A DNA stretch of 64,000 nucleotides from Schmidtea polychroa (taxonomy: Eukaryota), in assembly GCA_044892525.1 (NCBI GenBank), contig CM097888.1, positions 36,704,001 to 36,768,000 of the forward strand. The letters run 5' to 3'. The first letter of the stretch is position 1. Each line of letters starts with the position of its first letter. The notes beneath the pieces are model-generated. The model did not search any database, was not told the origin of the DNA, and worked only from the letters and a program-made list of their open reading frames with translations. Of this stretch, positions 22,260-34,849 are shown in pieces. Both the position numbers and the translations under genes were made by a program.

Positions 22260-25200
22260 ATCTTACCAAAAACCAAGAAAATATAATCAAGCATCTTTCT
22301 GATGGAAAGATTTTCATTTTCAAAATCAAATCTCGTTTTTCAGTTCCATAATATGGCTTAGAGAAAGCCATTGCAAATATAGCTTGAAATTCGTTTTCTA
22401 ACAAATTGAGGTTTCTATTTTTTGTAATTTTATACAAATATCTCAAAATGTAACAACGAAATCCGCCTTCGAATCCAAATTTCTCTACGAAATTTAATGA
22501 ATCTACAATTACAAAAATATTTTATAAAACGATAAAATTTTGGAATTTACTCTCATTTCTTAAATTTGACCATATTTTTTCAAATATATCAATTCCGTAT
22601 ACAACCTCTTTTTCTCGCTCCAACTCCGAACCTGGCTTACCTATAATACGGTCTGATTTAATTTTTGATCTTTCTACGTTTATGACTTTTTCATCTGATG
22701 AATTTCGCAGTTTTCTTTCAATGACACTTTTAAGACTGAATTAAAATTTAATAATAATTAAGAAAACAATGATGTACGCTAGGGTTATGATTTTTAAGCA
22801 TTTTGTTTCCGAATTATTTCTCCTTGGCTTTCTACCAATAAACTTGTTTTTCGAATGAAAAACTTTGAAAAGTGTTCGTGCACCCATCAATTTTAAAATT
22901 TAAGTTTTTGTTACAGGTCAAATAAACTTCAATCAAAATAACAAACTATTAAGAACAAGTAAGCTTCATTGTAGAAATTATTAAATTTCAAAAGCTATAT
23001 TATAAACTCCCAAGAAGAAAAGTTCATTATAATGTTGGGGTTCAACAAGAAAGGTACAAAAATGAGGTGAAAATCAATAAAAACATCAAATTCAAAATAA
23101 AAATTTAAAGTACAAAATATTAATTAAAAAAATCAAAAAATTAAAAATGAATATTTTCCGGGGCAAGCTGATATGGGCGGATGCCGAATAATGAGACGAG
23201 TTCAACTATAATAAAATAAAATCATTGGGGGGGGGGTCCCTGGAAGTAAAATAAATTACAAAACAAAAAATTAATTAACTAATGGAGAATCCAAGCTAAT
23301 GGGAAACCCGAGACAATAGAAAACCCGAGCGATGTGAAATGCAAATAAATCAGCCGACTATAATTAAATTGAGGTAAGCCGTCAAAGGAGACGGGCAAAT
23401 TCCTCAAAGCAATTAGAGCGACAAGAGGAAGCTCGAGGGGAAGTTGGATCCAGACTAATTTGACAGAGTAAAATCAATTACAAGATGGGTATAAAAGTGA
23501 CCGGCAAGTAAACAGAATTGCCAGTTGGTCGAAGAAAAGGAAACGAGAAATTTAGCGAGAGTATCAAAGAAAACTTTGAAGTTTGTGTCAATTGAATAAT
23601 TTAAATCGAGCGTACCAGAAAGGGACATCTCCTGCTGGAAGATTTATCTCTACGTAAGATTTGCAGTTGTATTGAAAAGTGCACACCAAAAAAGTGTTGT
23701 ATCAAGTGTGCTTGAATTAATAAAAAGTGTAACCAAAGCGTAACTGTATTAGTCTCGAATAATGATTTTTGTGATGGGTTGTTTATTTAATTTCAAAAAG
23801 AACACAAAGGAGTCAGACAGTGATACCGACTTGCACAAAATACCCAACAATAATATTTAAGATAATTTTTGACAAAACACAAATTTTTTTTTAATAATTT
23901 ACACAACAATATTTTTTGAAGTTTTAAAATATATTTTATTCATCCCAAAGTGGCTTTTGTTCTAAATCGAATTTAGATTATTGATTTTTAAGTGCTCTTT
24001 TTTATTTTCTGACTATAGTGTATGTACGTTTAGTTACAGTGTGCACTTTGCAATATAAAAATATTCTAATTATAGAACCAAGATGTTTACATGTATTACT
24101 GTTGAGAATTTTTTAGACGAAGATTGAAGATTAGCACATCAGAGTAATTATTTCTTGATGTATTATTGATTTAGAAGTTCATAATTGTGCAAAATATGTG
24201 AGAAAATATATTTTAATGCAATACGATCAAATCTTTGTTGATTCGTGATTATCGATCTTTAATTTTTGGTAATTTACAAATTATCTACTTGATTTAAAAG
24301 TTCATAATTGTGCAATCAAGTGCAAAAAAATGTGAGAAAATATTTTACTGCAAAATGATCAAATCTTTGTTAATTCATGTTGGGTACTTGATTATCGATC
24401 TCTAATTTTTGGTAATTTCAAAATTATCTACTTAACATATCTTAACTAACAGAATGCAGGTACCACGTTATTTGAGAGTTGTCCGTATATAAAATCATGA
24501 TGTTTACCTTTCGTCTACAATAAAAGGGTAAACCCTTGAACGAATCTCACTCAATAACTGAGATATGGATGGGCTGGATTCTGTTGGTTTTTCAAAAATA
24601 GTAGTATTATCGAAATTTCCAAAATGTGCCGCATATATTTCATCAGAAAGTTCAATGTTGGATAATTTCCTTTGAAAAAAACTTGTTAGCGAATCAAAAT
24701 CTACATTTGGGTCAAATATTATTAAATTTTTTCCAGAACTTTCATAATAATGTTTCAAAGTATAAAAATCAAAAGAAAATTCAGCCTCGTCTATAAATCC
24801 GGAATTTTGTTGCTGAATTCGGAATATAATTACATAAGAATACAATATTAAAACAAAAAATTTTACCAAAAATGTTTTCATTCCATAAAGATTATAAAGG
24901 TTTCCTCGATTAACTTGTTTTGATCTAATATAGTTTACAACATCAATTAATTGAGGCCATTTCCCTTTTGAACTTTTTATACGAAGAGATTTCATTAATT
25001 CTGTATAATAATCATTTGTATTGCAGTTGCCTTGTAAAATACTCAATATAACCATCTGCTCCTGTGACAACTAGACATATATTTATATCACATTTAGGCA
25101 AAACTTATAATTCTGTTTATTTTTATTATTAGAATTTTAACATTTTTCGTTTTTCTTCATTTTTATACAACTGTGAGTCAATAAATTTCGATTTAATACA

Positions 25201-28200
25201 AATTCATTAATAGAGATATTCCTTGATGTTTTTGAGTTTAAGGACATCAGAAGTCTACTTAAAATTCAATTGATTGTTTTTTAAAAACTTTATTAATAAA
25301 ATTTTTCATTCTCATTAAAAATATAAAAATATTACTAAATAATTTTATCAGGTTTATTAAATTTCGACAAAACCGCAAAATTTACAAATTTTATATAAAA
25401 CGGACAATGAGAACTATTTTCAATGGNNNNNNNNNNNNNNNNNNNNNNNNNNNNNNNNNNNNNNNNNNNNNNNNNNNNNNNNNNNNNNNNNNNNNNNNNN
25501 NNNNNNNNNNNNNNNNNNNNNNNNNNNNNNNNNNNNNNNNNNNNNNNNNNNNNNNNNNNNNNNNNNNNNNNNNNNNNNNNNNNTTTAAGCCTTTTGCTGC
25601 AAATAATGTATTTAATGAAAGAATTTTCGACTATACGAGGACTATCGTATAGTCGAAAATTCTTTCATTAAATACATTATTTGCAGCAAAAGGCTTAAAT
25701 TGTCATTTTATTGTTTTAAATAATAAATGCTGCTANNNNNNNNNNNNNNNNNNNNNNNNNNNNNNNNNNNNNNNNNNNNNNNNNNNNNNNNNNNNNNNNN
25801 NNNNNNNNNNNNNNNNNNNNNNNNNNNNNNNNNNNNNNNNNNNNNNNNNNNNNNNNNNNNNNNNNNNNNNNNNNNNNNNNNNNNNNNNNNNNNNNNNNNN
25901 NNNNNNNNNNNNNNNNNNNNNNAGATGAAAATTGAAAAAAGTTCTTATAATAATAATAATACTCCCTCTGTCCTATAATACTGGGTAGTTTTCGTTTCGT
26001 GTCCGCGGATTATTGCGAATATAAGGCTCTACCTCAATATTATTTTCTTATGAGTTGAATTAATCATACGACTTTCTAAAAACATCATTTACCAAAAATA
26101 TAACCGTATCTCCTTTTTTTATTTCATCATTATTTCATAAAAGGTCAAAATTACAAAAGTCGTTGTCCCATATTACTGGAAAGTTTTCACAAAAAGCTTG
26201 AAATACTCTATAATTTGTCAAGAATTAAAGAAAATAACGATAATTCTAAACTTATTTGTTCACATTTAACAATGTTTTATGATTACTGGACATTCCCTAT
26301 CATTTTGACATTTCATTTTCGTGATTTTATTTTGTAAACACCATTTCAGTTTTTCGTCATAAAAGTTTAATTTTTTCAAATTTTTATCCATAAATATGTA
26401 ACGAAAGAAGCGTGAACTTTCCAATGAACAAATGAGGCTAATATTTGAGGATTTTTTAAGTGAAAGTGACAACGGAATTCTTAAGAGGGATGCATACAAT
26501 TCCATTGCAAATAAATACCATGTGAGTATTCAAATTGTAGCGAAAATCTGGAAATGAAGTAAAGAAATCAGTCCATCGAATAAGGGTTCAAAAACACTGG
26601 GTGGAGTTGATCCAAAAAAGAAGAATTTTGAATTAAATGGCAATTTTAAAAGACAATTTGTATAGAATAATTTGTACATAGAATAATTTTATTGAATAAT
26701 AATAATTTTTGTGTCTTTTTAATTAACTCTAAAATTTATGAAATTTGCATGAATCTAAAACAACGGTTATCCTTTTCTATCAAACCAAAGTATTTTTCAT
26801 TTTCATAACTCAATAATGTCAAAACAAGGCACTCAAAAAATAAAAATTAAAAAGCAAAAACTTGAAGAAAGTGAATCGATGTGGCAAAAACTTGTAAAAC
26901 GGCTGAGAAAAGATACACCAGAAGTCGGAGAAGGGTCTTCTAATAAAAAAACTGCAACACCTCTTGAAATTTTACAGGGTCTGCATGATTTTGGATTAAT
27001 TAAATCTTATCCAAACATCAATATTCCTTACATTCCCAGTATCAATGGCTTTGTATGAGAGAAGTTTTAGCAAGTTAAAATTAATTAATATTTTTTTAAG
27101 ATCTACTATAGGACAAGATAGATTATCCAATTTTGCAATAATACCTATCGAGTATAACATCGTAAAGGATATTAATTATGACGATATAATTAATGACTTT
27201 GCTCAAATGAACGCCAGAAGAGTGCGAATAAATGAAAATTAAATAATATTATAATATAAATTATATTATAATATCATATCTATTTGAACTATAATTACTT
27301 TTTCCTTAATAATATTTTGAAAATCTCAAACTTCCGCGCTACAGTGAGATAAAACAAAAAAGTAAAAATTCGCTTTTAAATCAATATTTGCACTTTTTGA
27401 TCAATACTTGAATTTCTATTTTGAAAAATTTTCACTTAAAAATCAATAAATACACTTCAATAAAAATTTTAAAAATCAATAATCACGACAATCAATAATC
27501 GTAAAAATCAATAATCGCGACTTGACCTTGAAAAAAATTGAGGAGGCCAGGGCCTCTGTTGCTAACTAGTGCGCGGTAACTTTTTTTATATAAATATATA
27601 AATATAAATAATTTTAAGTACTTACTCCTAAACTTCTCATCACTTCCTGTTGTGTTACAATCTCACAACAAAAACTTTCTGGTTTTTGGAAATAGTTGTC
27701 AAACATCTCCTTATTATATTCTACAAGACTACTACCCAATATAACGGTACAATCTTTGAATACAAAAAAGTCGGTATTATTTGTTAAAATGGCGAAAGAT
27801 TTTCTTCGATGAAATTCTGAAGCGATAAATTCATTTGATCCTCCTTGTAACAACTTAACAACTTCGGCTCCAGATTTCTGAAAGTAACAGTAGATATTAC
27901 TTTGAAAACGTAACACGAAAATAAATTAAAACCGCCAACTGTCTTAATATTTCAAAATGAAATTATTTTGGTATTAAATATTAATCATATATCGAATAAA
28001 GAATAGAAATTTCATTTTGGATTGATTAAAAATATTTCATTTAGAATTCTATGATTTCATTTTTATGAATAAAATTTTACTTGTATAAAAATTAAAAACA
28101 TGAATGCTATGTAAATAATAATATAATTTTTGAAAAATATTTAGAATAAAATATAATTTTTTTAATTATAAGCTCGATTTAAAGTCGTTTGAGGTTATTT

Positions 28201-28749
28201 ACCTACTAACTAAACAATGGAAAAAGTAGATTTCATAAATTACTTTCAGTTCCTTAACAAACGTCATTTTATTGTAAAACGGAGAATAATTATCCAAATC
28301 GGTAATAGGTTCTCGATCGCGACAGCTTTTAAAGATGGAATCAACAAATTTTGAATAACCATAACTCTGATCATACCATGTCGTTAATCTGTGGGCATTA
28401 ACCTTTTTATCAATACCCTGTTTTAGAAATGGAATAAATAAAATTATCTGTCTAAAATTAATACCTTTACTCCATCGACAACCCACACCAATTTAATGCC
28501 CATTTCCGCAAACATTTCGTTAAAATCACAATAGGCTTTGGTGAAAATATCATATTCAAAGCAAAATGTAGCCAAATATTTGTTGTCGTAGTCTTTTATT
28601 ATTTTGATTAAAATAAATTTATCAAGCCATCTCCGAAAATTGCTGAAATCAACTAAAATTTCCATGTCTTTTACCTCATGAGCTTTTTGAATTAAATCGA
28701 ATTTCTTGGCTATCGTAGAAATATAGGAATAAAGTCTTGGTATACCCAT
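22260..28749 (-). CDS. multi-exon FAM120/asteroid-family PIN (XPG-like) domain gene; 3' end uncertain
   Basis: Exon readings MGIPRL..ILVDFSNF..IKLVWVVDGV (28749-28462), FVDSIF (28420-28255), EFIASEF..AILTNNTDFFVF (27886-27620), 25070-24505 with an internal GT-AG intron, and LLENEFQAIFAMAF..PSERCLIIFSWF (22740-22260). Confidence 0.7.
23033..23849 (+). mobile_element. solo LTR, same family as 9887-10645 (817 bp), intronic
   Basis: TGTTGGGG...CCCAACA; 4-bp TSD ATAA; colinear homology to the first copy. Confidence 0.9.
25962..26620 (+). mobile_element. Tc1/mariner remnant of plant Stowaway/DD39D type (5' TIR plus transposase N-terminus)
   Basis: TA|CTCCCTCTGTCCTATAATA terminus; M*RKKRELSNEQMRLIF..NGILKR..IANKYHVSIQIVAKIWK from 26396. 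Confidence 0.6.
26816..27560 (+). pseudogene. internally deleted hAT (ZMYM1-like) transposase
   Basis: Short basic N-terminus joined to YPNINI..ERSFSKLKLI..LRSTIGQDRLSNFAII.IE..IINDFA..ARR dimerisation domain; possible right end ggccagggcctctg. Confidence 0.75.
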
Positions 28750-30107
28750 TTTTAAAATTTTAAAATGTATTTTATCTAAGCTGAGATTTTAATTAATCAT
28801 TTTAAACAAATTTTCAAAGCGATTTAATTTATTATTGGAATAAATATAAATAAAACTTTTACTATAAAATTTAAATTTTAAATTAATTGCTTAAATTGCA
28901 TAATCAAAATTCATGATTTAATAATTCACTTAAAACTCTAATACTATAAATCCCTTGGCTTCCAGAAGAAAGAACTCTTATTTGATTTTTTTATTTATCG
29001 TTTTCTTTAATAAAACTTATTTCTAAACAGGATCGACTTCCCTTTTTAATTAATTTCTTAAAATAGTTTTTAGATAACGAATTCAAACAAAGACGAAGAG
29101 GTTAGCAAATTTATTTACACAACTATGCAAGCAATTTCAATGAAGCAATCCATAGGAAATGTTTTATCTTCATTTTTCCTGTGCTGTATTGGTACTCATC
29201 TCTAAATCCATGAATCGCTTCCACTCCAACTTTCCTGGCCTGGGCTTACATGGCCGTTTATCATTTGATAGGATTATTAGATTTCTTGAGCTCACCGCCA
29301 CAATTGTTTAAAATAGCTTGTTCTCGGTGTGGTCACCCAATCATCTACTGGACAAGTTCGGTTATGTGCTGTTGAATCACCTTTTTAAAGTTACAAAAAA
29401 TTATCAACTAGCTTAAGTCCAATTTTGGACAAAAAATGTAATTTCTTAACTTCATTTCCGGTTCTAGGATATATGGCTCAAATTTTCACTGCTATAAATA
29501 CACTGTGCTCCACAGTATATTTAGATCACACTATAGTGATGGGGTTATATTTAGTCTATGGGCTTTATAAGCTCACTATTGTCTTAGGCTTTTTTGTACA
29601 GGGAATTATGGTATGACGCTTTTTTAAACTATATTTTGGCTGTTGATTTAAACACTGATTTTTGGTCATAGTATTTTCTATGGGCTTTTTTGTATTTTGG
29701 TCTCAGTTTTTACTATAGACTTGATAGATTCGCAAAAGTCAGAGGTGTTTTATTTCAATATAAATATTACATTTTGGAGGGGCAGTGTTTTGGTTTCAGG
29801 CCTTTAATACAGGGAATAATGGTCACAGGTTTTTTTACTTGATTTTGGCTCATGATTAAAAATCTGGGATTTTTGGTCATTGTATTTTATATGGAATTTA
29901 TAGACTCACTATAGTCACGGCACTTAATGATTTCAGCATTTTCTAGAGGTAAATATGGTACCAGGATTTTTATGTCAAATAAGATTTTATGCACTGATTA
30001 TAAAATTACAACCTTTTAAACCACGTCCTTGTACAGATTCTTAATGTAGAAAAAATAATAAGAAACGAACTTAGAATTGGATTAAATTATAAACAATGTG
30101 AGTAATA

Positions 30108-30255
30108 ATGAAATGTGAACGTGGTTTACCATATTTTAATGTCTTGATCAAGACTTCGAATACAAAAAGAATGCTGATTTTACAAGCTCTTTCATCATTT
30201 GTTATTGATGATTTACTTGAAGTTATTGAGAGTGTTGTTCTTGATAATGTGCATA
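30108..30255 (+). pseudogene. second Polinton remnant, 5' half of the basic QxGG protein gene
   Basis: MKCERGLPYFNVLIK..FVIDDLLEVI..NVH is homologous to 3364-3681; TIR-like repeats upstream at about 29400-30000. Confidence 0.8.
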
Positions 30256-30466
30256 CAGTAGTGTGAAAAATTTAGGCCACAAACATGTCCTAAAAATCTT
30301 ATTTGCCCTAAATTTCGAAAAAAATTATTTCGTTTAAAATTACATAAAATCATTATTTAAAATTATTATTATTTTTGTATATGGTTTCTTTACTTTAAAA
30401 GGTGTAATTCATTAGCATGAATTGAGGTAAGACAATTCACAGAATAAATTATAGTTACATATTTAA

Positions 30467-30651
30467 CCGTTTGCGGACGGTAGGCCAGCACTGCTGGCCA
30501 CGAATTTTGTTCCAGACGTTCTACAATGTATAATGGCCAGCTGTGCTGGCCAAACTTTAAAAAAATCATACTTGGAAATCGGGCATTCGTATACTAAAAA
30601 ATTATGCTAAAATATATACTACTTATTAAAATTAATTCCGTCCTCAAACGG
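30467..30651. mobile_element. piggyBac-type MITE (185 bp)
   Basis: TTAA TSD both sides; 14-bp TIR CCGTTTG(C/A)GGACGG; two internal GGCCAGC-n3-GCTGGCC palindromes. Confidence 0.9.
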
Positions 30652-30949
30652 TTAAAAAATTATTAATTGATTATAAAAATGAATCATGAACATTTTGCTT
30701 GATATCCACTGTAAAAATCTGTTGTTTTCTTGTCAATTGCATACAGCACTGCGAGGTTTCTAATATACGGTTGTGATCGAAAAAATATAATTAAATTCAG
30801 TTAAAAGATGCTTTAAACCGAATTCCTATACTAAAATAATTATTTTATAAGGAAAAAATAAATTTAGTTTTTTATGATAAAATTCTTTAAACATATTACA
30901 AAGATATAGCTATAAAAAATTACAAATAGCCTTTAATCGATAATGTAAG

Positions 30950-32310
30950 TCACCGCGGATCTTCAGAATATACTTTCATAGTTCTTATTTTTAAACTCAA
31001 TTTACGACTTTCAATTAACATCAATTTCTTCAATATGCAACAATTTATCCAGTTTTCTAAATGATAATTTACAGATTCAATCCTAGATGCTTCCGATATA
31101 TCGCAAAGGATTTCATCGAGACAAAATAAGGATTCATCATAAATAGGATCATCTTTCACCACAAAGTCTGGAGCAATTAAAGTATCAAACAAAACTCATT
31201 TTCTTCTTTTTCTAAATCTGTATTCCGAAGCTTTCCTTTCATTTTTTCAAACTTTTCCCAACAATTCAAACACGTCCCAGGAAGAACCTTATTGATAGAC
31301 TCTCTTACCCAGTAGCATATTTCTAGCAATGTCAAGGAACTAAAACAAGATTTTATATCCGCATTATTATCAATTATCATATTTGTAACAAAGTTATTGA
31401 CATATTCAGAATACTTAGACTTGATATCGTTAATTATACCTAGATCTAGAGGCTGTAAGATCGATGTTGTATTGGGTGGCAAAAATAACAGTTTCACGTT
31501 TGAAAATACACCAACCTCGTGGCCTTTAAAATTATCGAATAATATTAGAATTTTTCTATCCTGTATGATCCTTTCGTCATTTAAATCGTTTATATATTTC
31601 AAAAAATATCTTTGGTAAGCCATGAAGATGTGTTGTTAGCATATTTTAGGTTGTAATTATCTGGTTTCTCGTTTTTAAAAGCCCTGGGGTTTTGCTTTTT
31701 CCTATGATTAATGGTGTAATTTCATTGCCGTATTTATTAAAACATAATAAAAGCGTAATTTTTGTTTTATCGGTTTTGATACTTTTTCTGTCATCTTCAT
31801 CCCACAGAATGTAACTTCTTCTACCAAAATTCTTGATATATAGACCAGTTTCATCTAAATTGTAAATATCTTTTTCATCATTACATTTCTTTATAACTTC
31901 AAACTCATCAAAAAGTCAAGAATCTTGTCTGTCATAGCAGATTTTGCCTCTCCACAAAGGGATTTAAATGCCACATTGTATCGCTTTTTAAAACCTCTTA
32001 TAAAGTATGGTGTGATGTTCACACGGCAAGATAGTGTTATTGATTTATATTTATTTGCCAATGATATCAAGTTCCCCATTAAAACATTGCCACCTGCATT
32101 TCGAATCTGCCTGATACCATCAAGCATGTATTGATCAATGTTCAATAACTTGATTTCTGCTGCTTTACATAAATTAAAAGTATCCAATGTTGGATCATCA
32201 CTTTCCAGGTTTAAAAGCTCCTCCGGAGATTTGATTGCTGTTCTAAAAACCTTTTGTGATACATTAAATTCTTTTTCGATATCACACAAAGCCTTTTTAT
32301 CCTTTTATAT
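30950..32310 (-). pseudogene. pogo/Tigger transposase (CENP-B HTH plus DDE_1), frameshifted
   Basis: GFKKRYN, IYNLDETGL, LFDNFKGH, LPPNTTSILQPLDLGII; N-terminal KKRNTYTKRIKRKIAKAY lies at 37437-37500 beyond the inserted element. Confidence 0.9.
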
Positions 32311-32715
32311 TGGTGGGTTACTGGTGGTCGAATGATTAAGTGCTGTTACCAGCGTAACCCAACATGCAACATTGTTTTTCCGCTTGGTACCCGTTGAGTA
32401 ATCAACGTTGGTACTGTACCAAGGGTTGAGTACTCGCAAAAAGTGAGCGCATCAAAGCACTATAATTGTCGAGTACTCCATGGGTTCATGGACTACCGAT
32501 AGAAGGTGTGTGTCCGATTTCTCAGGTCCCTTTATCAAAATTGTTTTCCCAACCTTACACACAAGCTCTCGTTTCTCAGGCAATCATAAGTATCTCAGAC
32601 ATTATTTAACGCTACAAAATACGTATTATTGTAACAACAAGCAAAAAAAAATATTATTTTAGTACTGCAAGGTATATAAAACACACTACAAAATTGCACA
32701 ACACGGAACAAAAGT

Positions 32716-33195
32716 TCAACTCGGCCGATGGGTGGGGCCGGTTAGTCCCAACGTAGACGTTTGCGATGAGCCCGCTTGCCTTTCATACTCGCCCAGTCTG
32801 GCCTTCTTAAATTTTTCACGGATGTTTCGCCCAAGCCGTTTTCTTTTGGGCTTATTTTCAGCGGCTGGGGGATATATGGTTGCGAGTTCAACGGCCAGTG
32901 GCCGTATTTGTCTTGCTGCGGATTCTTGCACAAATCGCTCGTTCCGCTCGGTCTCGAGCGCCCGCACCTGCAATTTCAGGGCGCGAATCTCCATTTGGTC
33001 CTGAGCGGCCTGTGTCTGCAGCTGGAGGATCTGGGCTGTTTTCTTCTTCATCGCTTCGGGACTAAACCAGGTCCCCTCGAACTCCCGACATTTTCCTTTC
33101 AATTTGTCCACCCGGACTCGGAGTTCGTCAGCACGTTGTTGGGCCTGCTCCCGATCCTTCCGGAGATTTTCCATTAACTTGTACACTAAACACAA
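32716..33195 (-). CDS. GC-rich coiled-coil protein with basic NLS-like cluster (159 aa; may be a second exon)
   Basis: Heptad-like LRKDREQAQQRADELRVRVDKL and MEIRALKLQVRALE; KPKRKRLGRNIREKFKK; TTTAG acceptor-like site near the ORF start. Confidence 0.65.
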   Translation of the reverse strand: MCLVYKLMENLRKDREQAQQRADELRVRVDKLKGKCREFEGTWFSPEAMKKKTAQILQLQTQAAQDQMEIRALKLQVRALETERNERFVQESAARQIRPLAVELATIYPPAAENKPKRKRLGRNIREKFKKARLGEYERQAGSSQTSTLGLTGPTHRPS

Positions 33196-33407
33196 CAGTT
33201 GTCAGTTTCCTTCATATCGAATAAAATGAAAATGTAAATTATTAATTAACGTTAGCAATTCCCGGTTACGACCTTATTGCTCTTATTCAATTTACTATAT
33301 GAATTCCAAGACTCAAAAGAAAAATTTCTTTTATTCAAACAATACACATTAGAAGATAGCGGTGCTATAGATATAATGACTAAAATAAGTTATTTATAGT
33401 CTAATAA

Positions 33408-33602
33408 TCACGCTTGGCGTTTGCGGGGCCTCCCTCTTTTTCTCGGGGGTACCGTGGCCTCCTCCAATTCTTCCAGGGGCACTCCCTCCTTTTCCGCCCT
33501 GATTTGCAGCTCTATCTTCTTAAGCCGGATCTGAGCGTCTTCCACATCCCAGGCCGCTTGATCTCGGGCCTCCTGCAACCGGTTATTCTCCGGCTCCTCC
33601 AT
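33408..33602 (-). CDS. 64-aa acidic/coiled-coil peptide with C-terminal AT-hook
   Basis: ATG-initiated, ends PPRKRGRPRKRQA*; GC-rich relative to host. Confidence 0.65.
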   Translation of the reverse strand: MEEPENNRLQEARDQAAWDVEDAQIRLKKIELQIRAEKEGVPLEELEEATVPPRKRGRPRKRQA

Positions 33603-33756
33603 CTACTTCGGGGCCCGTCCGGATTACTCGATCTGCGCAATCCAGGTCCCGTCCCTGACCCCACCGATGTATATGGTACCAGATGTACCGGGTCCGGAGT
33701 CGGGTGATCGTCTGCTGGTCAGTACCCTCGTCACTACTAGAGCTGGATTGAGACAT
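33583..33756 (-). CDS. 57-aa ORF overlapping the AT-hook ORF
   Basis: ATG at 33756, MSQSSSSSDEG..RYIWYHIHRWG; TGACGTC plus TATTTATA about 45-60 nt upstream. Confidence 0.45.
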   Translation of the reverse strand: MSQSSSSSDEGTDQQTITRLRTRYIWYHIHRWGQGRDLDCADRVIRTGPEVDGGAGE

Positions 33757-34774
33757 GTCTGTAATATAAATATTAAGACCCATGCATAACCACCTTGACT
33801 TATAAATAGACGTCACAACAAAACATACAGAAGTTTCTTGTTTAAAATCAATAATACTTAACTACTAAATTTATTATAATTAATATAAATACTTCTAACA
33901 TAACCAAATTTTATTTAATTTATTGATATACTTTTTAATTAGGTAAATTAAAGAAAAATTTATTAAAGTTAAGTGTTAACGTTAGAAAATTCATACCAGA
34001 ACCGAAAATCTCCAAAAAAAAATGGTTTTGTTTTAAATTATTATTTTAATCATTCGGCATTTATTTACCACTAGTTGGTAATTTGAATTTTATAAGTTGA
34101 AATTTTAGAATTTTTTAGGTAATTTTAGGTAAATATGAATATTTCCACTAAATGCGGTTACGCCAGGCGAGGGGTACTAGTGACGAGCTCAGTCTCTTGC
34201 TCACTTACTCTTCCCCTGGTTGTATTCGTTATAAGTGGTAAAATCATCGTTTATTCATTTGAGGTAATCTATTTCTTGATCTTATATACCTAATTTAAGG
34301 ACAATTTGATGATTATTTTTCCCAGCTGGAGTTATCGAGGTTCAGCTTCTGGAACTCGCCCTACGATTCGTGGTCCGTAATCAGGATTTTGTATTCAAAA
34401 CAAATTGTGCATGGTAATTTATTGCTCGAATAAAATTGTAAGAATTCTTTTGTTTCTTTAATTTAATAACAATTAGATATTTGATTACCCATTTGGTGTG
34501 AGCTTATGTAGTGGATCATACCCTCTCATCCATATCCCTAGATGACTTGAAGATTAGTGACCCTCTACCGGGGGGGGGGGGTGTTGCTAAAAATAGCTTT
34601 CCAGAATTCTGATCCCTCCGATTGGCTCAAAAGGGTTACTTCTAATTTTAAAATTTTTGGGAAATTCCTAAATCGATATTGGATTGATTTTTGGAATTAA
34701 TAATCACTACTAATAATAATAATCTATAATTGATATAGTATTTATAGGTTTAATAGCATACTCTACAATGATTA

Positions 34775-34775
34775 A

Positions 34776-34849
<74 letters not shown>

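Noticed and set aside
25584-25700. Long perfect hairpin as a stand-alone biological element
   Set aside because: Sits on a 150-bp contig between two gaps, a typical place for fold-back artefacts; kept only as a note
29000-29400. Relatively GC-rich stretch suggesting a gene fragment
   Set aside because: All frames interrupted and no motif could be assigned
32732-33177. Long plus-strand ORFs overlapping the coiled-coil gene
   Set aside because: Expected antisense shadows of a GC-rich coding region; no independent signals
32716-33195. Resemblance to hepatitis delta antigen (coiled coil, NLS, G/P tail)
   Set aside because: Only compositional similarity; no alignable motif or ribozyme context
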